Assembly (NCBI GenBank): GCA_943330745.2
Contig: CALQIX020000002.1
Span: forward strand, 26,909-90,908
DNA: 64,000 nucleotides
Origin: Lishizhenia tianjinensis
Lineage (GTDB): Bacteria > Bacteroidota > Bacteroidia > Flavobacteriales_D > Crocinitomicaceae
Reading direction: 5' to 3'
Shown one piece after another: positions 1 through 9,312 of the stretch (position 1 is its first letter; every line of letters starts with the position of its first letter). The notes beneath the pieces were generated by a model that did not search any database, was not told the origin of the DNA, and saw only the letters and a program-made list of their open reading frames with translations. Both the position numbers and the translations under genes were made by a program.

Positions 1-701
1 TTTTTAATGGGATGTTACCTGAAATGCCCATGGAATATGCACGTTGGGGTGATCCTAATAATATTCAAGGCCAAATGGATGGGTTTATTCAAAACCACTT
101 AATATTTAAGAGTGAATTAGCTTGTCGGAACGATGTTGTTCGTTCTAACTTGGTTTCTGAATTTAATCTGGAAAAGCAAATAACCTTGGAGCTCTTAGTG
201 TCGCCAGACACAGCAGGGAGCATTCAATTAAACACGATTCAGCCAGAAGAATATCCGTGGACCGGAATCTATTTTGATGGTGTTCCTGTTACCATGAATG
301 CTATACCGCAAGCAGGATTTTTGTTCTCTCATTGGGAGCCAAATGGATATATAACAGACACATTAAATCCCGTATTTGAAGGAAATGTATCAGAGAACAC
401 GCCATTCAAAGCCTATTTTAGTGAGATTCCACCCCCTGTTGATGGACCAGACATTCATTTTTCGCTCTATCCCAATCCGGCTAGTAATCAATTGGTTCTT
501 TCTCATGACAATAAAACACAGGCTGAAGGATGTCTTTTTGAGATTTATGACTTAAATGGACGTGTTTTATACCAGGCACCACTCGATTTTGCATCAACCA
601 CAATGTCTATTGATATTTCAAAATTGCGGGCGTCGTTGTATTTTGTAAAAATCAAAAAAAACAATGCAACATTGGATGTAATCCGATTCGTGAAAAGCTA
701 A
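1..701 (+). CDS. 3' part of a gene for a secreted protein ending in a type IX secretion (Por) C-terminal sorting domain; open to the left window edge
   Basis: The frame is open from nt 3, with no stop upstream of the first ATG at 12. The last ~80 aa (FSLYPNPASNQLVL...SLYFVKIKKNNATLDVIRFVKS) fit the T9SS CTD pattern, which is seen again at the C-terminus of the 44929-48228 protein. Confidence 0.7.
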   Translation, partial: FNGMLPEMPMEYARWGDPNNIQGQMDGFIQNHLIFKSELACRNDVVRSNLVSEFNLEKQITLELLVSPDTAGSIQLNTIQPEEYPWTGIYFDGVPVTMNAIPQAGFLFSHWEPNGYITDTLNPVFEGNVSENTPFKAYFSEIPPPVDGPDIHFSLYPNPASNQLVLSHDNKTQAEGCLFEIYDLNGRVLYQAPLDFASTTMSIDISKLRASLYFVKIKKNNATLDVIRFVKS

Positions 702-1204
702 TTCCTTTTTTTGTAGATGGGAACAGTTGAACAGGGTTCGCCAAACATCAAAGATTTAACCACGGGGATTAAAAAACGAGTAAGTTCTAGCATAGCAAAT
801 TCAGGAAACGGAATATCGGAACAGCCCTTAACAATCACTTTCTCTCCTTGATAAGTCTCTAAATTAATTTTAGCAATTTCCATTCGAATTAATTCCTTAG
901 TAAGTTCCTCTTTACTCGTGTTCGAAAATGTATAAGCAATACCACTTAGTGCGGCCCCAATTAGCATATACGCCCAGGCAGGAATTATGGCATCCGTTGA
1001 GCACACAATCAAAACGGCTTTATCCTGATAAACAGACCAGTCTTTTTCCTTGATCCACCCCCGAAAACTCTTTTCTCTTAATACTAAGCCTTGCCAAAGC
1101 TGCTCGGATAAGTCAATTATAACAACTTCGTTTTTTGGTGTGAACTCCGCCAAATCCATTGCAATTAGGCCGCTTTGTTGAATTTTATTAATTATTTGTT
1201 CCAT
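698..1204 (-). CDS. conserved hypothetical protein, 168 aa (possibly DUF2480-like, from memory only)
   Basis: Clean ATG-initiated ORF, convergent with the previous gene with a 4-nt overlap. The family name cannot be verified without an HMM search. Confidence 0.55.
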   Translation of the reverse strand: MEQIINKIQQSGLIAMDLAEFTPKNEVVIIDLSEQLWQGLVLREKSFRGWIKEKDWSVYQDKAVLIVCSTDAIIPAWAYMLIGAALSGIAYTFSNTSKEELTKELIRMEIAKINLETYQGEKVIVKGCSDIPFPEFAMLELTRFLIPVVKSLMFGEPCSTVPIYKKRN

Positions 1205-1330
1205 AAATTTACTTCATGTAAAATTAAGTCTAATTGACCCAAATTAAACTTCTCTCTGCATTTATTTACACAAGAATTAATTTTTATTTAACACTTTTTC
1301 AAAAACCAGAAAAGTAAAGTGTGAATTCAT

Positions 1331-1338
1331 TAAATTTG
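1331..1338 (+). promoter_or_regulatory. candidate Bacteroidota sigma-A -7 box (TAnnTTTG) for etfBA
   Basis: taaatttg lies 60 nt upstream of the etfB ATG. A perfect 8-bp hairpin (1350-1371, ccttactt/aagtaagg) would sit in the resulting leader. Confidence 0.4.
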
Positions 1339-1397
1339 TCTTACTTAAGCCTTACTTCGTTTTAAGTAAGGATAAAAACAAGTTGCAAAATTTAGTT

Positions 1398-2138
1398 ATG
1401 AAAATATTAGTTTGTATCAGTAAAGCGCCAGACACCACCTCTAAAATAGCGTTTACCTCAGGCAATACTTCGTTTGATGAAAATGGGGTACAATACATTG
1501 TTAATCCATATGATGAATGGTATGCCTTGGTACGTGCCTTGGAATTGAAAGAAACCCTCGGTGGAAACGTAACCATTATTACTGTTGGAAATGCTGTTGA
1601 TGAGTCCATAATGAGAAAAGCCCTTGCTATTGGTGCTGACGACGCTGTGCGCATTGATGCTGAACCTAAAGACGCCTATTTTACAGCCATGCAAATAGCT
1701 GCATTTGCTAAAAACCAATCTTTTGATTTAGTTTTAGTTGGTAAAGAAACGATAAACTACAATGGCTCACAAGTTGGAGGGATGATTGCAGAAGCATTAG
1801 AATTGCCTTTCGTTTCATTGGCTTCCAAATTAGATATTGATGGTAATGTAATTAGGTTAGAAAGAGAGATTGCTGGTGGAGTTCAAGTAGTTGAAGTTTC
1901 AACCCCTGCGGTTATTTCTTGCGCCAAAGGAATGGCAGAACAACGCATTCCTAATATGCGTGGAATAATGGCCGCTCGCACAAGACAATTGACCGTTGTT
2001 CCTGCGGTTGATGTTCAAGAGTTGACATCATATGTTCAGTATGATCTTCCTGTATCTAAAAGCGCATGTAAAATGATTTCGCCGGATAACATGGATGAAT
2101 TAGTTCAGTTGTTACACAATGAAGCGAAAGTGATTTAA
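1398..2138 (+). CDS. etfB: electron transfer flavoprotein beta subunit
   Basis: MKILVCISKAPDTTSKI... is a typical EtfB N-terminus, and the gene is followed by etfA. The track start at 1383 is TTG; the ATG at 1398 gives the canonical N-terminus. Confidence 0.93.
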   Translation: MKILVCISKAPDTTSKIAFTSGNTSFDENGVQYIVNPYDEWYALVRALELKETLGGNVTIITVGNAVDESIMRKALAIGADDAVRIDAEPKDAYFTAMQIAAFAKNQSFDLVLVGKETINYNGSQVGGMIAEALELPFVSLASKLDIDGNVIRLEREIAGGVQVVEVSTPAVISCAKGMAEQRIPNMRGIMAARTRQLTVVPAVDVQELTSYVQYDLPVSKSACKMISPDNMDELVQLLHNEAKVI

Positions 2139-2157
2139 TCATTAGAAAATCAATAAA

Positions 2158-3099
2158 ATGACATTAGTTTACATACATTCAGAAAATGGTTTATCGAAAG
2201 CAGCTAAGGAAGTTGTTACCTATGCCAAAAAATTAGGAGACGGAGTTTCTGTAATTACGAACGGAAATACTACGGGTGATGTTCTTGCTGAACTAGGTGA
2301 ATACGGTGCCTCTTCAGTAATGGTCGATCGTTCCGTTTCAAGTGATGATCATCAACAATTACTTGATTTAGTGGTGTTTGCTGCAGAAAAAACGGGTGCG
2401 ACATCCATTGTTTTTTCACACGATTTAACTGCTAAAGCCATTGCGCCTCGTCTATCTGTAAGATTGAATGCAGGACTTGTTTCCGGCGCAACAGATGTGC
2501 CGAACGAATCTGGTGCAATCCGAGTAAATGTTTTTTCAGGGAAAGCATTTGGCTTTGTAAAGGTAAATTCTACAAAACAAATTATTTCTCTTCTTCCAAA
2601 TAGCATTCAGCCTGAAATTACAGGAGGTGCATGCGGTGTTGAGGAAATTAATTCGGGAGCATCAACAGGCCGCATAAAATTAATTACAACGAAAAAGCCA
2701 GAAGGCGAAATTCCTTTACCAGAGGCCGAATTAGTTGTTTCAGCAGGAAGAGGTTTAAAAGGTCCAGAGAATTGGGGAATGGTTGAAGACCTAGCAAAAT
2801 CGTTAGGGGCTGCAACTGCTTGTTCACGCCCAGTTGCTGATATTGGCTGGAGACCGCATCATGAACATGTTGGCCAAACGGGTGTAGCAATTCGCCCAAA
2901 CTTATATATTGCCGCTGGTATTTCCGGTGCGATTCAACATTTGGCGGGTGTTAATGGTTCAAAAGTTATTGTGGTAATTAATACCGATCAGGAAGCACCA
3001 TTTTTCAAAGCAGCTGATTATGGAGTTGTTGGAGACGCATTTGAAGTATTACCAAAATTAACAGAAGCAATTAGGAAGTTCAAAGCTGGCCAAAATTAA
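2158..3099 (+). CDS. etfA: electron transfer flavoprotein alpha subunit
   Basis: 313 aa with the FAD-binding C-terminal motif LYIAAGISGAIQHLAG, immediately downstream of etfB. Confidence 0.93.
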   Translation: MTLVYIHSENGLSKAAKEVVTYAKKLGDGVSVITNGNTTGDVLAELGEYGASSVMVDRSVSSDDHQQLLDLVVFAAEKTGATSIVFSHDLTAKAIAPRLSVRLNAGLVSGATDVPNESGAIRVNVFSGKAFGFVKVNSTKQIISLLPNSIQPEITGGACGVEEINSGASTGRIKLITTKKPEGEIPLPEAELVVSAGRGLKGPENWGMVEDLAKSLGAATACSRPVADIGWRPHHEHVGQTGVAIRPNLYIAAGISGAIQHLAGVNGSKVIVVINTDQEAPFFKAADYGVVGDAFEVLPKLTEAIRKFKAGQN

Positions 3100-3108
3100 T
3101 TTTAGCGC

Positions 3109-3708
3109 ATGCAAAAAATTAAATTAATCATATCAGCACTATCTTACAGCCAAACTCAATCTGGTGCCTATGCTTTAATGCTTACTGAAGTGGGTGGGAA
3201 GCGTAAACTACCTATTGTGATTGGGGGATTTGAAGCACAAGCGATTGCTGTTGAATTGGAGAAAATGAAACCCAATAGACCACTGACACATGATTTGTTT
3301 AAAAGTTTTGCCATTGCTTACGAAATTGAAGTTAAGGAAATTATCATTTACAAATTTGATGAGGGCATCTTCTTTGCCAAGATTATTTGTTCAAAAGACG
3401 GTGTTTTAACAGAAATTGATTCGCGTACTTCTGACGCGATTGCTATTGGTGTCCGCTTTGATTGTCCAATTTTTACGTATGATAAAATTTTAAAGGATGC
3501 CGGCACGCTCATAGATGATGAGTTTGATATGGAGGACATGGACGATCTTGATGATGATGAAGACGAATCAGATTTTGGTTCTGATGGTGGGGCTTTAGGT
3601 AATGCAACAAAAGACGACCTTGAAAATATGTTGAAAGAAGCCTTAGACAACGAAGATTATGAGGCCGCTTCTAAAATCCGTGATGAAATCCAAAAAAGAG
3701 TGGAATGA
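3109..3708 (+). CDS. bifunctional nuclease family protein (DUF151-type) with acidic linker and C-terminal UVR motif
   Basis: The N-terminal ~135 aa resemble the DNase/RNase bifunctional nuclease fold family. The C-terminus DDLENMLKEALDNEDYEAASKIRDEIQKR is a UvrB/UvrC-type motif. Confidence 0.75.
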   Translation: MQKIKLIISALSYSQTQSGAYALMLTEVGGKRKLPIVIGGFEAQAIAVELEKMKPNRPLTHDLFKSFAIAYEIEVKEIIIYKFDEGIFFAKIICSKDGVLTEIDSRTSDAIAIGVRFDCPIFTYDKILKDAGTLIDDEFDMEDMDDLDDDEDESDFGSDGGALGNATKDDLENMLKEALDNEDYEAASKIRDEIQKRVE

Positions 3709-4997
3709 ACACTGTAAAAGCCCGACTCACCTTAATGAGTTTCCTACAGTTTTATGTGTGGGGAGCCTGGTTAACTACCATTGGAACCTATTGTACAGAA
3801 GGCAAAGGTTGGACTTTTGGTCAGTTTGGCGCAATTTTTTCAACCTTAGCACTATCCTCAATTTTAATGCCGTCACTTATTGGAATCATAGCTGATAAAT
3901 GGATGAGAGCAGAACGCCTGTATGGATTATTGCATATTTTATATGGTTGTTTTTTATTGATGGTGCCAAATCTATCTTGGCTTCAAGGGCAAAACACGTT
4001 TTTTTCAACCATGCCAGAATATGATTTACTCTATTGGGTTATATTCGCAGCAATGATTTGTTATATGCCAACAATTTCATTGTCTAATTCAATTTCATAT
4101 CGCATTTTAAACATGTTTCATTTTGACGTTGTGAAAGATTTTCCTCCGATCCGCGTTTGGGGAACTATTGGATTTATTTTGGCGATGTGGACAACGAATT
4201 TATCTGGAAGTAAGGACAACTCAATGCAGTTTGTTATAGCGGGTTCAATTGCTATTTTATTAGGGATATATGCATTTACACTCCCGGCTTGTCAACCAGA
4301 AGAAAAAACGACTGAGAAAAAAAGCTTGATTGAATTACTTGGATTAAATGCCTTTAAATTATTTGGAAACTATCAAATGGCCTTGTTTTTTGTTTTTTCC
4401 ATGTTGTTGGGAGCTGCATTACAACTTTCCAATATGTATGGCGATGCTTATTTGAGCAGTTTTCCGAAAGATTCGATTGTTGAGAAATATTCAACAATAA
4501 TATATTCTATTTCACAAGTTTCAGAAACTGTATTTATTCTTTCTATTCCTTTTTTCTTGAGACGTTTTGGAATGAAAAAAGTAATGTTGTTTGCCTTGAT
4601 TGCATGGGTATTGCGTTATGGTTTCTTTTCAATAGGCGGCACAGATTATGGCAGCATTTTTATTGTTTTGAGCTGCATTGTTTACGGAATGGCTTTTGAT
4701 TTTTTCTTGATTTCAGGTTCAATGTACATTGAAACGACTACAAATCCCCGTATTCGTTCCAGTGCGCAAGGATTATTCATTATGATGACGAATGGTTTTG
4801 GTGCTTATTTTGGAACGGTCGCCAGTAGTTGGATGATTGATCATTACTACAAATTCCCGGATGGTTCAACGGATTGGACAGGAACCTGGACATTCTTTGC
4901 CGCGTATTCTTTGGTAGTTGCGATTTTATTTTGGTTGCTTTTTAAACAGAATGGGCAGGATTCGTCTAAGAAAGACATTTCAATCAGTCATCATTGA
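3705..4997 (+). CDS. nupG: nucleoside:H+ symporter (NupG/XapB-type MFS permease)
   Basis: The N-terminus LMSFLQFYVWGAWLTTIGTY parallels E. coli NupG (ILSFLQFCLWGSWLTTLGSY). About 12 predicted TM segments. 4-nt overlap with the upstream gene. Confidence 0.8.
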   Translation: MNTVKARLTLMSFLQFYVWGAWLTTIGTYCTEGKGWTFGQFGAIFSTLALSSILMPSLIGIIADKWMRAERLYGLLHILYGCFLLMVPNLSWLQGQNTFFSTMPEYDLLYWVIFAAMICYMPTISLSNSISYRILNMFHFDVVKDFPPIRVWGTIGFILAMWTTNLSGSKDNSMQFVIAGSIAILLGIYAFTLPACQPEEKTTEKKSLIELLGLNAFKLFGNYQMALFFVFSMLLGAALQLSNMYGDAYLSSFPKDSIVEKYSTIIYSISQVSETVFILSIPFFLRRFGMKKVMLFALIAWVLRYGFFSIGGTDYGSIFIVLSCIVYGMAFDFFLISGSMYIETTTNPRIRSSAQGLFIMMTNGFGAYFGTVASSWMIDHYYKFPDGSTDWTGTWTFFAAYSLVVAILFWLLFKQNGQDSSKKDISISHH

Positions 4998-5052
4998 TTG
5001 ATAGGGAGTCGAAATTCGCCTTAATCCCTTTTGTGATTTAGCAAAAAAAGCA

Positions 5053-5060
5053 TACCTTTG
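5053..5060 (+). promoter_or_regulatory. candidate -7 box (TAnnTTTG) with upstream TTG at 5031-5033, for prs
   Basis: tacctttg lies 20 nt before the GTG start. A TTG sits 19 nt upstream, matching the described Bacteroidetes -33/-7 promoter geometry. Confidence 0.5.
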
Positions 5061-5079
5061 CACCTCAAAAAGCAATTAG

Positions 5080-6015
5080 GTGTCATACGGAGTAAAATTA
5101 TTTTCTGGTCGAGCTTCTGAAAAATTAGCTCTTGATATATCAAAATCATATGGTACAGGACTTGGTGATGTGAAAGTAACTGTCTTTAGTGATGGTGAAT
5201 TCCAACCGTCCTTTGAAGAAACGGTGCGTGGTCAAGATGTATTTTTAATACAATCCACAATGCCGCCAAGTGATAATCTTTTTGAATTACTGTTACTTGT
5301 TGATGCCGCTCGAAGAGCATCGGCGCGAAAAATAATTGCTGTAATTCCTTATTTCGGTTTTGCACGTCAAGACAGAAAAGACAAACCAAGGGTTGCAATC
5401 GGAGCTAAATTAGTGGCAAACATGTTAATGGCCGCAGGTGTTGATCGTGTTATTACAATGGATTTACACGCGGATCAAATTCAGGGCTTTTTTGAGGTTC
5501 CGGTAGATCATCTTTTTGCATCTACTTTATTCATGAAAGAATTGGAAAAATTAGACTTGGATAATGTTGTTTTGGCTGCTCCAGATGTTGGTGGTGCAAA
5601 AAGAGCTAATTCATACGCTAAAAAATTAAATACAGGACTTGCACTTTGCCACAAGAACAGAAAAAAAGCCAATGAAATTGCTGAAATGACAGTTATTGGT
5701 GATGTTGAAGGGAAAGATGTAGTAATTATTGATGATATGTGTGATACAGCTGGTACATTAACAACAGCTGCAGATCTATTTATCTCTAAGGGAGCCAAAA
5801 GTGTTCGTGCGTTTTGTACACACGCCGTTCTTTCGGGGCCTGCATACGATAGAATTATTAATTCTAAATTAACTGAATTGGTTGTTACTGATACAATTCC
5901 ATTGTCACGAGCATGTGATAAAATCAGAGTGGTTTCTGTTTCAGATTTATTCGCAGATGTTATCAAGCGATTAATCAACAACGAATCTATTTCATCTCAT
6001 TTTGTAATATCTTAA
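5080..6015 (+). CDS. prs: ribose-phosphate pyrophosphokinase
   Basis: 311 aa, GTG start. Shows PRPP synthetase motifs (VIPYFGFARQDRK, DLHADQIQGFF, and the PRPP loop VVIIDDMCDTAGT). Confidence 0.95.
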   Translation: MSYGVKLFSGRASEKLALDISKSYGTGLGDVKVTVFSDGEFQPSFEETVRGQDVFLIQSTMPPSDNLFELLLLVDAARRASARKIIAVIPYFGFARQDRKDKPRVAIGAKLVANMLMAAGVDRVITMDLHADQIQGFFEVPVDHLFASTLFMKELEKLDLDNVVLAAPDVGGAKRANSYAKKLNTGLALCHKNRKKANEIAEMTVIGDVEGKDVVIIDDMCDTAGTLTTAADLFISKGAKSVRAFCTHAVLSGPAYDRIINSKLTELVVTDTIPLSRACDKIRVVSVSDLFADVIKRLINNESISSHFVIS

Positions 6016-6026
6016 ATAAATAAATA

Positions 6027-6620
6027 ATGAAAACAGCACAATTGAGCGGTTCACTCCGAGTGAACGTAGGGAAAAAGGATGCTACTGCGCTAAGAAATGC
6101 AGGAAGAGTTCCTTGTGTGCTTTACGGAACGGGTGAACAAACCCATTTCCACGTAAAGTTAAACGACATTGAAAAAATCGTTTTATCTCCAGAAGTGTAT
6201 CAAGTTCATCTTGATGTTGAAGGTAAAAAAGCGCGTGGAATTATCCGTGAATTACAACAGCATCCAGTTACTGATCGAATCAGACACGTTGATTTCCTTG
6301 AAATAACGGATACTAAACCAGTAACAGTTGGTTTGCCAGTAAGATTAACCGGTGCTTCACGTGGTGTATTGGCAGGTGGACGTTTGATGCAAGTGTTTAG
6401 AATCCTTCGCAGCACTGGTCTTGTCCAAGATTTACCAGACGCAATTACGTTAGACATTTCTAAATTACGAATTGGTCAATCAATTCGTGTAAAAGCAATT
6501 GATATTCCAGGAATAACTTTCTTAGATCCAGCAAATGCAGTTGTTGTTTCCGTTAAAATGGCTCGTGGAGCGGTTAAAGGAGCTGATGCAGATGATGATG
6601 AGGAAGAAGAGGAAGCTTAA
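6027..6620 (+). CDS. rplY: 50S ribosomal protein L25 / general stress protein Ctc, with acidic tail
   Basis: Long-form L25 (197 aa) in the typical position after prs. Poly-acidic C-terminus DADDDEEEEEA. Confidence 0.9.
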   Translation: MKTAQLSGSLRVNVGKKDATALRNAGRVPCVLYGTGEQTHFHVKLNDIEKIVLSPEVYQVHLDVEGKKARGIIRELQQHPVTDRIRHVDFLEITDTKPVTVGLPVRLTGASRGVLAGGRLMQVFRILRSTGLVQDLPDAITLDISKLRIGQSIRVKAIDIPGITFLDPANAVVVSVKMARGAVKGADADDDEEEEEA

Positions 6621-6645
6621 AATTTCTTTTTAGCTTATAAAAATT

Positions 6646-6671
6646 AAGTCGCTTTCGGGCGACTTTTTTTA
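6646..6671. terminator. bidirectional intrinsic terminator between convergent rplY and the decarboxylase gene
   Basis: Perfect 7-bp stem aagtcgc (6646-6652) / gcgactt (6659-6665) with a 6-nt loop, followed by a T-run to about 6670. An A-rich stretch precedes it, serving the other strand. Confidence 0.75.
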
Positions 6672-6673
6672 TG

Positions 6674-7912
6674 CTAAGCGAACGGATTAAATCGTTCTGA
6701 AAGAACTTCTAAGGTCTTAGTATTCATATTACTTCCAAGTACCTTAGGAACCATTCTCGAACAGTGTCTGGACCACAAACCGATTGAGTTAGATCCAGTA
6801 TTTACCAATCCAAGCCAATCTCCTTCTGTGGGATCTTGTAATTGTTGATTTTTACTGATATAATCTCCAGCAAAACATAAAGGACCAGCAATATCATAAA
6901 CAGAGGTGTCAGATTTTTTCAAGTTTCCGTTTCCATCGAAGGTTAAAAAAGTTAGCCCCCGAGGTTTTGAATAGGCATCTCGCATTAAAAAATCTGCTCC
7001 TAAATGTATAAAAATTATTTTTTTATCACCCCTTTTTAATGAGTATTCTATCCGAGAATAAGCATATCCCGTATAAAAATAACACCATTGTCCAAACTCT
7101 GTTATTAATTTGAAATTGAGAATTTCTGGACAGTTTTCAGTTATGGCTCTTGCATAACTTTGCATGTTTGACGGCTGATTTTTTTCCAAAATTTCCGGTG
7201 ACAGCCCACCGCCAATATCTAAGGCTGTTATTTGTCGTTCAATCCCATTTAATTCAAGAGTATTATTTGCTTCAATTGCAAGTTCCACCAAGGACTTTAC
7301 CGCTTCAATTGCACCTTTCAAGTCTGACATGTGACTGCCAGCATGTATATGTAACTGGGTCACAGGGCAACGTATTATTGCATCTATTATTTGCTTTTTT
7401 TCTGTTATTGGCACACCAAATTTTGACTCGTCACTGCTCACGTGATAGAGGTCAGGAGCTCCGGTTTCTATCATCGGATTTATTCGAATACCAACAGTGA
7501 AGGAAGGATTTTTTGGAATCCGTTTTAATTCCTCCAAACTATTTACGTTCAATCGAATACCGGGCAAATGTTGGTTGCAAAAGTCAATTTCTTGTCTTGT
7601 TTTTACAGGTGAATCAAAAATGATTTTAGAATATTCAGCACCTGCGTCAATCGCTAATTGCACTTCTTCAATGGACGCAGCTTCTAAACCAAACCCTAAA
7701 TCAATGATTTTTTTAAGAACTTTGGGTTGTGGATTTGTTTTAATAGCGATGGCATGTAATGTATTTGTTGGAAAACAATCTTTTAAATGGGTTAAATATA
7801 CTTCCAATTGATTCCACGATTGAAAAATTACGGCGGTGTCTTCTTCGGTGATTAAGTTATCTTGCAATGCTTTTTGTAATGCCCAATTTGCTTCTTTCTC
7901 AAGGGGGTTCAT
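6674..7912 (-). CDS. PLP-dependent decarboxylase, fold type III (Orn/DAP/Arg decarboxylase family)
   Basis: Shows a PLP-lysine context (HAIAIKTNP), the glycine-rich DIGGGL motif and GPLCFAGD near the C-terminus. ATGA start/stop overlap with the upstream gene. Confidence 0.8.
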   Translation of the reverse strand: MNPLEKEANWALQKALQDNLITEEDTAVIFQSWNQLEVYLTHLKDCFPTNTLHAIAIKTNPQPKVLKKIIDLGFGLEAASIEEVQLAIDAGAEYSKIIFDSPVKTRQEIDFCNQHLPGIRLNVNSLEELKRIPKNPSFTVGIRINPMIETGAPDLYHVSSDESKFGVPITEKKQIIDAIIRCPVTQLHIHAGSHMSDLKGAIEAVKSLVELAIEANNTLELNGIERQITALDIGGGLSPEILEKNQPSNMQSYARAITENCPEILNFKLITEFGQWCYFYTGYAYSRIEYSLKRGDKKIIFIHLGADFLMRDAYSKPRGLTFLTFDGNGNLKKSDTSVYDIAGPLCFAGDYISKNQQLQDPTEGDWLGLVNTGSNSIGLWSRHCSRMVPKVLGSNMNTKTLEVLSERFNPFA

Positions 7913-9303
7913 GCAAATAATTTAGTAACGGTTTCTTCAATAATTTCAATCATCCGCAAATCATTTTTCGGCTCAAATCTTCGATTCAATAATTGCCTTC
8001 TAACAGAATATGAACCGATTGCTAAGCGAATAAAAGAACGATCACCATATTGTACGGGCTGACCTAAAAACACCCTATTAAAACCATCTAAGCCTGTATG
8101 TTCTGATAATACTAATTCATCAAACAAGGTTTTTAATTCTGAATGATTCAACGCAATACCATTTGCCAGCACCATAAAAGAAACAATACTATCATTTGTC
8201 AATTCCATATTGGGCATAAGTTGAAAGGTATCGCTCTGTGCTAAGCGGCCTGTAACCACTTGATTCCATCTTCTTATCAGTGCGTTTGATTCGTTTTGAG
8301 GAAAAGACATATAAGCTTCCATTTCCCTCAAAGCAACTTCCCATCTGAGGCGTAATCCTTCGTTTTTATAAAGGGTTAAATGCTGTTGAATATTTTTCAG
8401 TGAATTTGGAAAATCATATGCTGAAAATAGTTTAGAAAATTGTTTTGCCGGTTCCCCTGAGACAAGAGTTAATTCTTTTGTCCAATGATGAGGTACTAGA
8501 AGTGCTCCACAAAATGGAGGTGCTTGGTAAAATTTTGACCCCGTTACCATTATCATTACTCCTTTATTGATTAAGTCGTGAATTAGTTTGCGGTCTGTGC
8601 GAAATTGACACATATCAACAACCCACATGATCTCTGGAAAATCATCAATGATTTGTAAATCATCTTTGATCCCAGATTTACTACCAAAAACTAAGTTTCC
8701 AATAATTGGTTCTCCTGGATTTTGTTCAATAATTGAACGAATTGCTTTATTTCTATCTGCAATATGCCCACTGTCTTCTCTGGCGGCAAGATAAAAAACT
8801 TTGGAATCAATTTCTTCTGAAATTTTTTCGCCAAAAGGAATTCGTTCGCTAAATTGATTCCAATCGGAATAGTAACAAAATTCAGCGGCTAATTTGGAAC
8901 CAGAACCCAATTCTTCCGGGCAAGAAACAATGTTTATGATTGGTTTATTTGGTTTTAACATTGCTTGAAATAGCAAGGGTAGATACATCATGTCGCTTCC
9001 GCTTGGTCCATAGTAAACATCGAATTGAATATCCGTGTTTTTCAATAATTCTTGAAGCCGTTCGGTTTGATCTTTTACTATAAATTCAAATTTAGCATCC
9101 TCATAATTTTGAACAAATTCTGTAGCAACCTCAAATCCAAAAGGAGTGAGTGTCCCGCACGTGCAAGAACCACGAGTAAATAATCCTTCAAAATGTAATG
9201 GATGTAAGTTGTATTTATTTGCGTTCGTTTCTGGCTTCAGAAAAATGCGTTCATCACACCCTGAAGTGATGATGTTAAGCAAATTATTTGAGTTTACCTC
9301 CAT
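7909..9303 (-). CDS. putative fold-type-I PLP-dependent enzyme (class-V aminotransferase/desulfurase-like)
   Basis: Order of motifs: GPSGSDMMYLPL ... VVDMCQ (Asp) ... VTGSKFYQAPPFCGALLV (Lys), as in class-V PLP enzymes. The assignment is motif-level only. Confidence 0.5.
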   Translation of the reverse strand: MEVNSNNLLNIITSGCDERIFLKPETNANKYNLHPLHFEGLFTRGSCTCGTLTPFGFEVATEFVQNYEDAKFEFIVKDQTERLQELLKNTDIQFDVYYGPSGSDMMYLPLLFQAMLKPNKPIINIVSCPEELGSGSKLAAEFCYYSDWNQFSERIPFGEKISEEIDSKVFYLAAREDSGHIADRNKAIRSIIEQNPGEPIIGNLVFGSKSGIKDDLQIIDDFPEIMWVVDMCQFRTDRKLIHDLINKGVMIMVTGSKFYQAPPFCGALLVPHHWTKELTLVSGEPAKQFSKLFSAYDFPNSLKNIQQHLTLYKNEGLRLRWEVALREMEAYMSFPQNESNALIRRWNQVVTGRLAQSDTFQLMPNMELTNDSIVSFMVLANGIALNHSELKTLFDELVLSEHTGLDGFNRVFLGQPVQYGDRSFIRLAIGSYSVRRQLLNRRFEPKNDLRMIEIIEETVTKLFA

Positions 9304-9312
9304 GTTTCTGTT

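Noticed and set aside
1352-1718. Minus-strand ORFs (1352-1654, 1458-1718) overlapping etfB. Similar antisense ORFs occur inside etfA, prs, rplY, cphA, pgk, the PiT gene and others.
   Set aside because: They lie entirely antisense to genes with strong family signatures, have low-complexity composition and lack recognisable motifs. They are typical shadow ORFs of AT-rich coding DNA.
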